Positions 16,791-28,851 of a DNA stretch of 64,000 nucleotides are shown one piece after another (position 1 is the first letter of the stretch; every line of letters starts with the position of its first letter). A model generated the notes under the pieces. That model had not been told where the DNA came from. It saw nothing but the letters and a program-made list of their open reading frames with translations, and did not search any database. A program made the translations under genes and the position numbers. Source of the stretch: Oscillospiraceae bacterium (GTDB lineage: Bacteria > Bacillota > Clostridia > Oscillospirales > CAG-272); contig SVRG01000001.1 of NCBI GenBank assembly GCA_015064965.1, forward strand, positions 24,448-88,447, written 5' to 3'.

Positions 16791-17680
16791 TATTCTTTCT
16801 CCAAATACTCTTTTACAAATTTTGCAAACTCCTCGCGCGTTTCGGGATGTTCAAGCGCCTTTACAAAGTTTGCCTTGGCAAAGCCGAGCTTTGAGCCGAT
16901 ATCGTATCTGTCACCCTCAAAAACCTTTGCAGTTACGCCATATGCGCGCGCATATGCCGCCATGGCGTCGGTAAGCTGAATCTCGCCGCCGGCACCGGGC
17001 TCGGTGTTTTCGAGGATCTGGAAAATCTCGGGGGTCAGCAATACTCTGCCAAGAATTGCAAGGTTAGAAAATTCTTCACCGGGTTTCGGCTTTTCAATCA
17101 TGTCGTCAACATAATATTCATTTTCTCCATCCTCGATCTTTTGCGCCTTCATTGAGCAATACTTTGCAAGCTGCTCGGTGGGAACCTCTTTAACGCCTAC
17201 AGCGCTGAGCCCGTATTTTTCGTATGTATCAATAAGCTGGCGCACTACAGGACGCTTTGAAAAAATAATATCGTCGCCGTAAAGAATGGCAAATGGCTCG
17301 TCACCGACAAAGTCCTTTGCGCGGAGCACTGCGTGTCCAAGACCTTTGGGCTCCTTTTGACGGAGGAAATAAACATTTACCATGTCGCATATTTCGTGAA
17401 GAAGTTTAACGTCCTCATCCCTGCCCTTTTTGGTGAGCGTAGCATCATATTCGGGCGAGTAGTCAAAAAACTCCTCCATTGCGTTCTTGTCGCGTCCGGT
17501 GATTACAAGAACATCGGTAATTCCGCTATCAGCCGCCTCCTTGACAAGATAATAGAGTGCGGGATAGTCCATAATCGGCAACATTTCCTTGGGAACCGCC
17601 CTCGAAATCGGGAGCATTCTTGTTCCGAGACCTGCTGCAGGGATAATCGCTTTGCGTACTTGTTTTACTGCTTTCATCAT
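16790..17680 (-). CDS. galU: UTP--glucose-1-phosphate uridylyltransferase
   Basis: KAIIPAAGLGTRMLP nucleotide-binding motif and VEKP-like block (IEKPKPGE). Start set at the ATG preceded by SD gggaga; 17677 or 17692 are also possible. Confidence 0.9.
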   Translation of the reverse strand: MMKAVKQVRKAIIPAAGLGTRMLPISRAVPKEMLPIMDYPALYYLVKEAADSGITDVLVITGRDKNAMEEFFDYSPEYDATLTKKGRDEDVKLLHEICDMVNVYFLRQKEPKGLGHAVLRAKDFVGDEPFAILYGDDIIFSKRPVVRQLIDTYEKYGLSAVGVKEVPTEQLAKYCSMKAQKIEDGENEYYVDDMIEKPKPGEEFSNLAILGRVLLTPEIFQILENTEPGAGGEIQLTDAMAAYARAYGVTAKVFEGDRYDIGSKLGFAKANFVKALEHPETREEFAKFVKEYLEKE

Positions 17681-17768
17681 CGTTTCTCCCATAAAGATAT
17701 AATATAACGATTATATTATATAACTAATAGAGAAAAAAAGCAAGGAAAAGATAAATTAACACTTTATC

Positions 17769-17798
17769 TTGCAAAACAAGTGTGCTTTGTGGTATACT
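17769..17798 (+). promoter_or_regulatory. Candidate sigma-A promoter for rbfA-nrnA
   Basis: TTGCAA-18 nt-TATACT with TG two nt upstream of the -10 (extended -10). Confidence 0.5.
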
Positions 17799-17834
17799 AT
17801 AATGAAATGCAAAAAATATTTTATGGAGATATAT

Positions 17835-18200
17835 ATGGCTAATTACAGAAGAGGCAGAATAAATGACGAAATGCAAAAGGAACTTGCGGTGCTGTTGCGC
17901 GAAGTCAAGGACCCCAGAGTGAGCGGTGCGCTTATCAGCATTACCGCCGCTGAGGTTACTCCCGACCTCAAATTTGCAACAGTGTATTTTTCGTCACTCA
18001 TGGGCGATCCCGGCGAAGTTAAAAAGGGACTCGACAGCGCAAAAGGCTTTATCCGCCGCGAAATTGCGCGCCGTCTCAACTTGCGTCAGACTCCCGAATT
18101 CACATTTGTGCATGACCGCTCAATCGAGCACGGTGCACACATCTCAAAGATAATCGAAGACATCAACAAAGGCTCGAAAAAGGACGAAGGCGATGATTGA
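17835..18200 (+). CDS. rbfA: Ribosome-binding factor A
   Basis: Start at MANYRRGRINDEMQKEL (SD ggaga). Typical RbfA length (121 aa) and KH-like core. Confidence 0.9.
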   Translation: MANYRRGRINDEMQKELAVLLREVKDPRVSGALISITAAEVTPDLKFATVYFSSLMGDPGEVKKGLDSAKGFIRREIARRLNLRQTPEFTFVHDRSIEHGAHISKIIEDINKGSKKDEGDD

Positions 18201-19167
18201 CATAGTATCACTTTTAAGCGCAGTTGAAAAATGCCAAAACGCAATAATCGTCGGTCACTCGCACCCGGACGGCGACTGCGTGGGCAGTGCCGTTGCGCTT
18301 GCGCATCTTATCGAAGGGCTTGGCGGCAAGGCAGAGATCATTTTCCCCGAAAAAGCTCCGCACCGCATTGAGTTTATCCTCGGCGGCAGAAAAGAGCTTG
18401 ACGCCCTGCCCGAAAACCTCGACGGTTTTCAGATCATCTGCGTTGACCTCGCTTCTCCGGTGCAAATGGCATCACTGCGCGATGCAATCGAAAACCGCGT
18501 ATGCATCCGCATTGACCATCACGATGTAAGCACGCCCTACGCGGCTGAAGAATTTGTCGCGCCAAAAGCAGCGGCGGCAGGCTATATAATATTTGAGCTT
18601 TACAAATACGCGCTCGGCGAAGGCAAGGTTTGCGAAATCCCGTTGGAAGCAGTAAACGCAATGTATGCCGCAATAAGCTCGGACACGGGCTGTTTTAAAT
18701 ATGCAAATGTCACCCCGGCAACGCATATCACCGCGGCAAGGCTCATTGAAATCGGAGCAAACGCAGCAGAGATAAACCGCCTTTTATTCGATACAAAGGA
18801 CGAAAACCAACTAAAAGCCGAGGGCATTGCACTCTCGCGCATCGAAACCTTTGCAAACGGTCAGATCAGCGGAATTGCCATTGAACTTTCCGACTACGAA
18901 GGCGGACTTAATATCAAGGACTTTGAAACTGCAATAGATTTTGCACGCAGTGTCCGCGGCGCACGCTGTGTCGTATCGGTAAAGGCATCGCCAACGGTTG
19001 GCACCTTCCGCGCTTCGCTGCGTTCAAACGATGACACCGACGTATCAAAAATTGCCGCCATGTTCGGCGGAGGCGGACATATCCGCGCCGCAGGCTGCTC
19101 GGTAGAAGCATCGAGCGCAAAGGAAGCACTCGACATGATAGTAAAAGAATTAGAAAAGGTACTTTAA
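18193..19167 (+). CDS. nrnA: DHH/DHHA1 phosphoesterase (NrnA-like oligoribonuclease/pAp phosphatase)
   Basis: 324 aa, DHH motifs (VGHSHPDGD, DHH at IDHHD) and DHHA1 GGGGH. Confidence 0.85.
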   Translation: MIDIVSLLSAVEKCQNAIIVGHSHPDGDCVGSAVALAHLIEGLGGKAEIIFPEKAPHRIEFILGGRKELDALPENLDGFQIICVDLASPVQMASLRDAIENRVCIRIDHHDVSTPYAAEEFVAPKAAAAGYIIFELYKYALGEGKVCEIPLEAVNAMYAAISSDTGCFKYANVTPATHITAARLIEIGANAAEINRLLFDTKDENQLKAEGIALSRIETFANGQISGIAIELSDYEGGLNIKDFETAIDFARSVRGARCVVSVKASPTVGTFRASLRSNDDTDVSKIAAMFGGGGHIRAAGCSVEASSAKEALDMIVKELEKVL

Positions 19168-19168
19168 A

Positions 19169-20602
19169 ATGAATTTTAAAAAGTTTTTATTGCCGCTTTT
19201 TGTAGCTGTGCTTACATTGTCGCTATCGCTTTTCGCTTTCGCGGCAGAAGCAACCGACGTCACTGGCGATGTAAAACTCACAGTTGAAAACATCCGAAAA
19301 ACAAGACTTACCGACGGCAAAATAGACACCGCATCGTCCGGCAAGAATGTGAAAATAGAAATTGAAAGCGAGGAGCCGCTCGGCGGCATTTGGCTCCGCT
19401 ACAGTGCTGCCCCTGTCGGCGGCTACCTTGACGGCGAAACAAAAATTGCCGAAAACGGCTTTTGGAGCGAATTTATTCCGCTTGAAAAAAACAGCGCAAC
19501 CCTGACCTTTGAAGAGGTAACGATCTGCGAGATCAATGTGTTTTCCAAAGGCGAGCTTCCAAGTGAAGTTCAGTGCTGGAAAGTTGCACAAAATGAAACC
19601 GACCTGATGCTTTTCTCCGCTCATTCCGACGATGACCAGCTCTTTTTTGCAGGGCTTATTCCGTATTACATTGCACGCGGCGATGTGGATGTAAAAGTAT
19701 GCTTTCTGACTACATCGTATCAGGATATCAGCCGCGTTCAGGAGCTTCTCGCAGGTCTTTGGCACTGCGGGCTGAAAAACTACCCCACCATACTCCCGAT
19801 GCCCGATGAATACTCGGAAAGCTATAACCGCGCTAACACTCTGCTCAAACGAAACGGATACGCCGAAGAGGATGCAATGGCACTTGTGCGCGATGTTTTG
19901 AACACATATGCGCCCTCGGTTGTTGTATTGCACGATTTTGACGGTGAGTACGGTCACGGTATGCACAGATACGCCGCAAAAGTAGTGGTTGACACCGTTG
20001 AAAACGCCTCGGAAACAGACTTTACACCGAAAAAAATCTACGTACATCTTCTTGCACAAAATGAAATCACCTTGCCGATCGACACCCCCATTGAAGCACG
20101 CGACGGAAAAAGCGCATTCAACATCTCGCAGGAAGCATTCGGGTTTCACAAATCCCAGCACTGGACCTGGTTTTATGACTGGATATACGGCGATAACCGT
20201 GAAATAACCGCGGCAAGCCAGATCAGAACATATAATCCCGCAAAATACGGCCTTTATATGTCAGTTGTGGGTGCTGACAGCGGCAACGACATGCTTGAAA
20301 ATATAGAAACTCATGCAGCGCGCCGCGCACGTGAAGAAGCTGAAGCCGCAGCAGCCGCAGAAGCTGAGGCAAAGGCGGCTCAGGTAGCAGCAGAAGCAGC
20401 CGCAGAAGAAACAACATATATAAATCACGATGAGTATTACGAGCATTCAGAAGAACCGGTAGAAAGTAAAAAGGAACTGAATATCCGCGTATTTATTCTC
20501 CCCGCAATCATCATCCTTATCATCATTGCTACCATATTTATTATATGGGTGGTCGAAGAGGATCCGTTTGTCAGGGTGGAATTCCCCGACGATGAAATGT
20601 AA
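19169..20602 (+). CDS. PIG-L/LmbE-family deacetylase with N-terminal signal/extra domain and C-terminal TM anchor
   Basis: Signal-like N-terminus, PIG-L motif LFSAHSDDDQLFF and HxxH-type block (EYGHGMH). Ala/Glu-rich segment and a hydrophobic helix at the C-terminus. Confidence 0.7.
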   Translation: MNFKKFLLPLFVAVLTLSLSLFAFAAEATDVTGDVKLTVENIRKTRLTDGKIDTASSGKNVKIEIESEEPLGGIWLRYSAAPVGGYLDGETKIAENGFWSEFIPLEKNSATLTFEEVTICEINVFSKGELPSEVQCWKVAQNETDLMLFSAHSDDDQLFFAGLIPYYIARGDVDVKVCFLTTSYQDISRVQELLAGLWHCGLKNYPTILPMPDEYSESYNRANTLLKRNGYAEEDAMALVRDVLNTYAPSVVVLHDFDGEYGHGMHRYAAKVVVDTVENASETDFTPKKIYVHLLAQNEITLPIDTPIEARDGKSAFNISQEAFGFHKSQHWTWFYDWIYGDNREITAASQIRTYNPAKYGLYMSVVGADSGNDMLENIETHAARRAREEAEAAAAAEAEAKAAQVAAEAAAEETTYINHDEYYEHSEEPVESKKELNIRVFILPAIIILIIIATIFIIWVVEEDPFVRVEFPDDEM

Positions 20603-20609
20603 AAAAGAC

Positions 20610-20648
20610 AAAGCATAGCGGCATCTCCGCTATGCTTTTAAATTTTTT
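20610..20648 (+). terminator. Rho-independent terminator
   Basis: aaagcatagcgg-catct-ccgctatgcttt followed by a T-rich tract. Confidence 0.75.
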
Positions 20649-20668
20649 CAACTTTTTTCAAAAAACTA

Positions 20669-20697
20669 TTGACAAAGCATTACGATACTGCTATAAT
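20669..20697 (+). promoter_or_regulatory. Consensus sigma-A promoter of rplJ-rplL
   Basis: TTGACA-17 nt-TATAAT. Confidence 0.8.
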
Positions 20698-20862
20698 GCT
20701 TGTGTTACCGAAGACAGCAGGTTACGGTAAAAGCATGTTTTGATGCTTTCCTGCCGAGGAATGTTTTATAAATATGACTATTTATGATCTTTCTCGGAAT
20801 CTTTCTGTCTTTCCGTAGAAAGATTTATTTTTTTGCAAAAGTTTAACGGAGGTGAAATTACT
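20698..20862 (+). promoter_or_regulatory. Ribosomal protein L10 leader (autoregulatory) with attenuator hairpin
   Basis: About 165-nt structured leader between a consensus promoter and rplJ. Terminator-like AATCTTTCT/AGAAAGATT + T9 at 20798-20834 lies just before the SD. Class assigned from position and architecture, not motif-matched. Confidence 0.6.
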
Positions 20863-21384
20863 ATGCCAAGCAAGAAGATTCTTGAAGCAAAGCAGGCAAC
20901 AGTAGCAGCACTCGCCGAAAAACTCAAGACCGCAGCTTCCGGCGTACTCGTTCAGTACGAGGGTATCACTGTTGAAGACGATACCAAGATGCGTGCAGCT
21001 CTCAGAGCAGCAGGTGTTGAATACTCGGTTATTAAGAATTCCATCACAGGCAGAGCTTGTGATGAGGTTGGTTACGGCGCAATGAAGGAACACCTTCACG
21101 GCATGACCGCTTTGGCTATCAGCCAGAACGACCCCATCGCTCCCGCGAAGATTCTTAAAGAGTATGTTGAGAAGGTTGAGAACTTTGAGTTCCGCGCAGG
21201 TTTTGTTGATGGCGCTGTTGTTGATGTTGCAACCGTAAAAGAACTCGCTGATACTCCTTCCAAGGAAGTTATGGTCGGCAAGGTTCTCGGCAGCTTGCAG
21301 TCTCCCCTTTATGGTCTGTGCTATGCACTTCAGGCTATTATCGACAAGGACGGAGAAGCAGCTGAGGCTCCCGCAGAAGCCTAA
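20863..21384 (+). CDS. rplJ: 50S ribosomal protein L10
   Basis: Start at MPSKKILEAKQ (SD ggaggtg); 173 aa. Confidence 0.95.
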   Translation: MPSKKILEAKQATVAALAEKLKTAASGVLVQYEGITVEDDTKMRAALRAAGVEYSVIKNSITGRACDEVGYGAMKEHLHGMTALAISQNDPIAPAKILKEYVEKVENFEFRAGFVDGAVVDVATVKELADTPSKEVMVGKVLGSLQSPLYGLCYALQAIIDKDGEAAEAPAEA

Positions 21385-21433
21385 AATTTTAATTTAAAAA
21401 ATTTATTTGTATTTTTTACAGGAGGATAGTAAA

Positions 21434-21808
21434 ATGGCTACCGAAAAGATCACAAACATTCTTGAAGAGATAAAGACTCTCACAATCCTTGAACTCAAGG
21501 ATCTCGTAAGCGCACTCGAGGAGGAGTTCGGCGTATCCGCAGCTCCCGTTGCAGTTGCAGCAGTTGGCGGCGCAGCAGCTCCCGCAGCTGAAGAAAAGAC
21601 CGAATTTGACGTTATTCTCACCGATGCAGGTGCTTCCAAGCTCAACGTTATCAAGGTTGTTCGCGAAGTTACCGGTCTCGGCCTTAAGGACGCTAAGGAC
21701 CTCGTTGAGGCTGCTCCTAAGGCTCTCAAGGAAGGCGTTTCCAAGGAAGATGCTGAAAAGCTCAAGGCTGACCTCGAAGCAGCTGGCGCAAAGGTTGAAA
21801 TCAAGTAA
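21434..21808 (+). CDS. rplL: 50S ribosomal protein L7/L12
   Basis: Start at [14 protein letters not shown] (SD aggagg). Ala-rich hinge and C-terminal [19 protein letters not shown]. Confidence 0.97.
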   Translation: MATEKITNILEEIKTLTILELKDLVSALEEEFGVSAAPVAVAAVGGAAAPAAEEKTEFDVILTDAGASKLNVIKVVREVTGLGLKDAKDLVEAAPKALKEGVSKEDAEKLKADLEAAGAKVEIK

Positions 21809-21830
21809 TTTAAACCTCAAGTTAAACATA

Positions 21831-21862
21831 AAAAAGACGATTGCTGTGCAATCGTCTTTTTT
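21831..21862 (+). terminator. Rho-independent terminator of rplJL
   Basis: aagacgattgc-tgt-gcaatcgtctt + TTTT. Confidence 0.85.
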
Positions 21863-21867
21863 ATGTC

Positions 21868-21896
21868 AAAATGCCCTGACTTTCGTCAGGGCATTT
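21868..21896 (-). terminator. Rho-independent terminator of the glutamine synthetase gene
   Basis: aaatgccctgac-tttc-gtcagggcattt, A/T flanked, 2 nt from the stop at 21898. Confidence 0.8.
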
Positions 21897-21897
21897 T

Positions 21898-23991
21898 TCA
21901 GTTAACTCCGTAGAGCAAATCTTTGTAAGTTGGGAATGGCCAGTACTCATCTGCAGTGATAGTTTCAAGCAAATCTGCGTACTCGCGTACCTTTTTCATA
22001 AGCGAGCAAACCTTATCGCGGTAGTGGAAAGCATCCTTTTCTCTGTTGCCGGTAAGCTTTTTGTTTGCAGCCTTGTCAAGGTCAAGAACCGCCTTATAAA
22101 GCTTATCCGAGTTTTCGGAAAGCTGTCTTAAAATATCCTCTTCATAAGAAAGCGCGGTAATACCGAGTGCCTTCTTGTTGAGCATATTGTTTGAAAGCTC
22201 GGCTATGTAATTCTGCACCGCGGGGAGAATCTGGCGCTTAACCATATCGCTCATGATATAAGCCTCGTGAGAAACAGTCTTGCAATAGTTATCAAGCATG
22301 ATTTCCGCACGGGAAACAACCTCTTCTTCGGTGTAGATCTTGTGGCTTGTAAAAAGTCGGATATTCTTTTCATCCTTAAGGTGCGGAATCGCCTCAGGAA
22401 CGGTCTTGAAATTGGGCAATCCGCGTCTTGCCGCCTCTGCCTGCCATTCGTCGGAGTAGCCGTCACCGTTAAAAATTACCTTTTTGTGATTACTGTAAAC
22501 GCGCTTTACGATATCGTGCACTGCTGTGTCGAAATCGTCTGCCGCCTCAAGAATATCCGCTATCTGCTTAAGCGCTTCGGCAACCGCGGTATTAAGCACA
22601 ACGTTTGGCTCGGAAATATTGAGCGCAGAGCCAAGCATACGGAACTCAAACTTGTTACCGGTAAACGCAAACGGCGATGTACGGTTGCGGTCGGTGTTAT
22701 CCATCGGGAAATCGGGGAGCACGCTTGCGCCGATCTTCATTACCTGGGCTTCCTTGCCCTCATAGGGCTTTTCAGCCTCGATGCAGTCAAGAATCTCTGT
22801 AAGCTCGCTTCCAAGGAAAATGGAAACTATCGCAGGGGGCGCTTCTGCCGCGCCAAGACGGTGGTCATTTGCCGCAGTTGCAACAGAAATGCGGAGCAGA
22901 TCGCTGTACTCGTCAACGGCTTTGATAACCGCCGAAAGGAAGATGAGGAACTGCGCATTATCCGCCGGGGAATCTCCGGGCGAGAGCAAATTCTTGCCTT
23001 TTTTGGTGGAAATTGAGAAGTTATTGTGCTTGCCGCTTCCGTTTGTACCCTCAAAAGGCTTTTCGTGAAGCAAGCACACAAGGCCATGCTTTGTAGCGAC
23101 CTTTTTCATAAGCTCCATTATGAGCTGATTGTGGTCGTTGGCAATATTTGTGGTAGCAAAGATGGGGGCAAGCTCATGCTGGGATGGAGCCGCCTCGTTA
23201 TGCTCGGTTTTTGAAGTGATACCAAGCTTCCAAAGCTCGTCGTTGAGGTCCTCCATATACGCCTTTACACGCGGCTTGATTGCGCCGAAGTAGTGGTCGG
23301 CAGGGTTGAGTCCCTTTGGCGGCTTTGCACCGAAAAGAGTTCTGCCGCAAAGGCGGAGGTCATCGCGAGCGTCGTACATTTCTTTATCTACAAGAAAATA
23401 CTCCTGCTCTGCGCCGACTGTTGTGCGTACACCTGCAACATTTGTGTGTCCGAAAAGGCGAAGCACGCGCATTGCCTGTGTGGAAACTGCCTCCATAGAA
23501 CGAAGAAGGGGTGCTTTTTTGTCAAGGACCTGTCCGCCATAGGAGCAAAAAACAGTGGGGATGCAGAGAGTTTTTTCCTTAATAAATGCATAGGATGTGG
23601 GGTCCCATGCGGTGTATCCGCGTGCCTCAAAGGTTGCGCGAAGTCCGCCGGACGGGAAAGAGGAGGCATCGGTCTCGCCCTTTACAAGGCTTTTGCCGGA
23701 AAGCTCCATAACCACCGAATCGCCCTGCGGCTCAATAAAGCTGTCATGCTTTTCAGCAGTGATTCCGGTCATCGGCTGGAACCAATGCGTGTAGTGAGTT
23801 GCGCCGTTTTCAAGCGCCCACTCCTTCATTGCATTTGCGACAACATTTGCCACATCAATTTCAAGCGGAGCGTCCTCTTCGATGGTCTTTTTCAGTGATT
23901 TATAAACATCTTTGGGCAGTTTTGCCTTCATAACGCGGTCATTGAAAACAAGTGAGCCAAAGAGTTCGGGAATTCTGCTCGGATTTTCCAT
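21898..23991 (-). CDS. glnN: Glutamine synthetase type III
   Basis: 697 aa, the length and blocks of GSIII ([34 protein letters not shown]). Confidence 0.9.
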   Translation of the reverse strand: MENPSRIPELFGSLVFNDRVMKAKLPKDVYKSLKKTIEEDAPLEIDVANVVANAMKEWALENGATHYTHWFQPMTGITAEKHDSFIEPQGDSVVMELSGKSLVKGETDASSFPSGGLRATFEARGYTAWDPTSYAFIKEKTLCIPTVFCSYGGQVLDKKAPLLRSMEAVSTQAMRVLRLFGHTNVAGVRTTVGAEQEYFLVDKEMYDARDDLRLCGRTLFGAKPPKGLNPADHYFGAIKPRVKAYMEDLNDELWKLGITSKTEHNEAAPSQHELAPIFATTNIANDHNQLIMELMKKVATKHGLVCLLHEKPFEGTNGSGKHNNFSISTKKGKNLLSPGDSPADNAQFLIFLSAVIKAVDEYSDLLRISVATAANDHRLGAAEAPPAIVSIFLGSELTEILDCIEAEKPYEGKEAQVMKIGASVLPDFPMDNTDRNRTSPFAFTGNKFEFRMLGSALNISEPNVVLNTAVAEALKQIADILEAADDFDTAVHDIVKRVYSNHKKVIFNGDGYSDEWQAEAARRGLPNFKTVPEAIPHLKDEKNIRLFTSHKIYTEEEVVSRAEIMLDNYCKTVSHEAYIMSDMVKRQILPAVQNYIAELSNNMLNKKALGITALSYEEDILRQLSENSDKLYKAVLDLDKAANKKLTGNREKDAFHYRDKVCSLMKKVREYADLLETITADEYWPFPTYKDLLYGVN

Positions 23992-24024
23992 TTGCCATTC
24001 CTCCGAAAAAATACTTTATATTTC

Positions 24025-24054
24025 AGTATAGCACACAAGTGCGGTGAAAGTCAA
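24025..24054 (-). promoter_or_regulatory. Candidate sigma-A promoter of glnN
   Basis: Minus strand TTGACT-18 nt-TATACT. Confidence 0.5.
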
Positions 24055-24068
24055 CGAATTTCCCGGTG

Positions 24069-24989
24069 TCACTTCTTCTTTCTTACAGCCAGAGCGCACC
24101 AATCGTTTTCTACCAGCTCATCAAATACTTCAAAGCCGTTTTCTGCAATGCACACTTCAACTTCCTCGCGGCGCGGGCAGATGATACCCGATGCGATAAG
24201 CACCGCGTCATCAGCCATATACTTTGAGATATCGGGCATCATGCGGATAATAATGTCCGCAACGATGTTTGCGGCAACAATATTGTATTTGCCGCCGGAA
24301 AGGTCAACACCTTTCAACAAATCGGAGACATCGCAGGTAATATTGTTAACACCGCTTGCCTCTATGTTCTCTCTCGCAACCTTTACCGCGGTGGGGTCAA
24401 TATCATATGCGGCGCAGTTTTTAGCGCCGAGCCGGGAGGCGCAAATTGACAAAATGCCGCTGCCTGTGCCAACGTCAAGCATTCTGTCGCCCTCTTTGAC
24501 ATATTTCTGAAGCATGGAGATAACAAGGCGTGTAGTTTCATGCGTACCGGTGCCAAATGCCATGCCGGGGTCCATTGTTACTGTAATTTCACCCTCGGCC
24601 GGAGTATACTCCTCCCATGCGGGAACAACTACAATTTTGCCAACCTTGATTGGGTGATAATACTTCTTCCAGGACTCTGCCCAGTCTTCCTCGCGGCATC
24701 CTACAGTTTCGATAGTGTACTCTATTCCGCTTGATGTAAGCTGTCCCTCAACAAATGCCTTTGCCTCGGCTACGCTTCTTGTTTCAGGGATGAACACCGA
24801 TACTGATGCCTTTGTTTTGTCGGCATTGAGCAGGCTTTCGTCAAGAAGTGCGCCGTACATTCCGTCGGTGGTAACATCGCTGAAGTCCTCAATGAAAAGT
24901 GAGTTTTCAACCATGCTCATTACCGCGCTTATGTTGTCAAGGTCCTTTGTCTTGCCGGTAACCTTGAGCTGTATCCATTGCATATCCAT
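24069..24989 (-). CDS. prmA: Ribosomal protein L11 methyltransferase
   Basis: 306 aa, SAM motif LDVGTGSGILSI, PrmA N-terminal domain, classic position after dnaJ. Confidence 0.9.
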   Translation of the reverse strand: MDMQWIQLKVTGKTKDLDNISAVMSMVENSLFIEDFSDVTTDGMYGALLDESLLNADKTKASVSVFIPETRSVAEAKAFVEGQLTSSGIEYTIETVGCREEDWAESWKKYYHPIKVGKIVVVPAWEEYTPAEGEITVTMDPGMAFGTGTHETTRLVISMLQKYVKEGDRMLDVGTGSGILSICASRLGAKNCAAYDIDPTAVKVARENIEASGVNNITCDVSDLLKGVDLSGGKYNIVAANIVADIIIRMMPDISKYMADDAVLIASGIICPRREEVEVCIAENGFEVFDELVENDWCALAVRKKK

Positions 24990-25070
24990 ATAGTTATAAG
25001 CGGGAAAACCTTTTTATAAAAAGTTTTCCCGTACCCTTTCCAAAATTTTTGAGAATATATGCTGATAAAA

Positions 25071-26219
25071 TCATTTAAACAAATCTGTGAATTTCTTAAA
25101 AAAGCTGTCCTTTTTGGATTTCACCTTGTCGCCGTAAGTTTTTGCAAGCTCTTCGAGAAGTTCTCTCTGCTTGGCGCTTGGATTTTTCGGCACGTCTACG
25201 TTCACAGTGATATAAAGATTGCCGCGATAAGAGGAGTTAACCCTTGTAATACCCTTGCCGCGAAGCGTGAACGTGGTATTTGTCTGCGTTCCCTCAGGGA
25301 TTGTAAACTTTTCCTTACCGTCAAGCGTGGGAATCTCGATTTCGGCACCGAGAACAGCCTCCCAATAATCTATCGGAACCTCACAGTAAATATCATTGCC
25401 GTCGCGTTCAAATACTTCGTGCGGCTTTACGCTGACTGCGATAATAAGGTCGCCGGCAGGACCGCCGTTGCGTCCCTCGTTACCCATGCCGGAGATTGAA
25501 ATGTTTTGACCGTTGTCAATTCCTGCAGGGATGGTAACCGAAAACTTCTTTGAAACCTTTACATAGCCTGTTCCGCGGCAATTTGTGCAAGGGTCCTTGA
25601 TGATTTTACCGCTTCCGCGGCACTCATCACAGGTCTGCATTGTCTGCATTACACCGAACATGGTACGTTGCTGAACGCGCACCTGTCCTGAGCCGCCGCA
25701 CTTTTTACAAGTTTCAACACCTGTTCCCTTTTTGGCACCGCTACCCTCGCAATCGGAGCATTTTTGCACTCTGCCAAAGCTTATATCCTTTTTGCAGCCG
25801 CGAACCGCCTCCTCAAAAGAAACGTTAAGGCGAACATAGATATCCTCGCCGCGCTGGGGTGCGTTGCGGCGATTTGTGCCGCCGCCAAAACCGCCAAAGC
25901 CTCCTCCGCCGCCGCCGAAGAACGATGAAAAGATATCGCCAAAGTCAAAGCCCTCAAAGCCGGCGCCGTATCCGCCGCCGGCACCGCCGTTTTCAAAAGC
26001 GGCATGGCCAAACTGGTCATATTTCGCCTTTTTTTCCTCATCGGACAAGATGGCATATGCCTCGTTTATCTCTTTAAACTTTTTTTCAGCCTCTGCATCG
26101 CCCGGATTTACGTCGGGGTGATACTTTTTGGCAAGTTTATAGTATGCTTTTTTTATCTCGGAAGCGCTCGCGCTTTTTTCAACGCCAAGCACCTCATAAT
26201 AATCTCTTTTTTCAGCCAT
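25071..26219 (-). CDS. dnaJ: Molecular chaperone DnaJ
   Basis: J-domain ([11 protein letters not shown]), G/F-rich region, four CxxCxGxG zinc motifs. Confidence 0.97.
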   Translation of the reverse strand: MAEKRDYYEVLGVEKSASASEIKKAYYKLAKKYHPDVNPGDAEAEKKFKEINEAYAILSDEEKKAKYDQFGHAAFENGGAGGGYGAGFEGFDFGDIFSSFFGGGGGGFGGFGGGTNRRNAPQRGEDIYVRLNVSFEEAVRGCKKDISFGRVQKCSDCEGSGAKKGTGVETCKKCGGSGQVRVQQRTMFGVMQTMQTCDECRGSGKIIKDPCTNCRGTGYVKVSKKFSVTIPAGIDNGQNISISGMGNEGRNGGPAGDLIIAVSVKPHEVFERDGNDIYCEVPIDYWEAVLGAEIEIPTLDGKEKFTIPEGTQTNTTFTLRGKGITRVNSSYRGNLYITVNVDVPKNPSAKQRELLEELAKTYGDKVKSKKDSFFKKFTDLFK

Positions 26220-26245
26220 AAAAATGTCCCTGTAAAGTCGAAAAT

Positions 26246-26268
26246 CTGAGCCGCGAAATGCGGCTCAG
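26246..26268 (-). terminator. Hairpin between dnaK and dnaJ (possible partial terminator/processing site)
   Basis: ctgagccgc-gaaat-gcggctcag, followed on the minus strand by ATTTTCGACTTT. Confidence 0.4.
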
Positions 26269-26285
26269 TTTCCCATTTTAATATT

Positions 26286-28142
<1,857 letters not shown>

Positions 28143-28191
28143 TTATTTATAGATAAATTTTTAATAAACAAACAATATATAATAAAATCTT

Positions 28192-28303
28192 GTTTGAAAG
28201 ACGGACATGCGCCGGCTTTCAAACTCCTTGAAGGCTCGGTCGCGGTCGGGCGACACGCGAGTGAACGAGCCACACCACTTTAAAATATTTGCATTTTAAA
28301 GTG
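28192..28303. repeat. Unclassified multi-hairpin intergenic element, copy B (grpE-dnaK spacer)
   Basis: Homologous to 709-816. It starts 2 nt after the grpE stop on the minus strand and shows compensatory differences in three helices. Confidence 0.6.
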
Positions 28304-28305
28304 AT

Positions 28306-28851
28306 TTAATTTGCGGTTTTGACCATCGCATAACGGATGACTCTTTCGCCGCGCTTGTATCCCTTTTGGAATACTTCTACAATTTCGCCCTCGCCGTATG
28401 CATCATCGTCCACGTGCATTACCGCGTTGTGAACATTTGGGTCAAATGTTTTGCACTCGATTTCTTCAACGCCGAGTTTTGCAAGGCTTTCGCTGAACGC
28501 TTTTGCCATCATGGCAATGCCCTCTGCCACCTTTTCATCACTTGCAAATGCTGCCGCGCGCTCTATATTGTCAAGCACGGGGAGAAATTCGTTTACGATA
28601 TCTGTGCAGGCATCGGAATAAACGCCCTCGCGCTCTGCCTTTGAGCGGCGGCGGAAATTTTCATACTCTGCCGCAACGCGGAGATACTGCTCCTTCTGCT
28701 CTGCAAGTGCCTTTTCGCTGTCTTCAAGCTGTTTTTTGAGCGCTTCTATCTCTTTTTCGTGTTTCTTGTCGCTCTTTGATTTTTTCGCCGCCTTTTCCTC
28801 TGCTGCGGTTTCGGCGGTTTCTTCTACCGGTTCCTTCTTTTCTTCTGCCAT
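28306..28851 (-). CDS. grpE: Nucleotide exchange factor GrpE
   Basis: 181 aa, Lys/Glu-rich coiled N-terminus, GrpE core (RVAAEYENFRRR...). Confidence 0.95.
   Translation of the reverse strand: MAEEKKEPVEETAETAAEEKAAKKSKSDKKHEKEIEALKKQLEDSEKALAEQKEQYLRVAAEYENFRRRSKAEREGVYSDACTDIVNEFLPVLDNIERAAAFASDEKVAEGIAMMAKAFSESLAKLGVEEIECKTFDPNVHNAVMHVDDDAYGEGEIVEVFQKGYKRGERVIRYAMVKTAN

Noticed and set aside
25000-25070. Hairpin gggaaaac-N-gttttccc in the prmA-dnaJ spacer as a terminator
   Set aside because: The stem is AT-rich with a weak U-tract on the minus strand, and prmA is normally co-transcribed with dnaJ. I left it unannotated.
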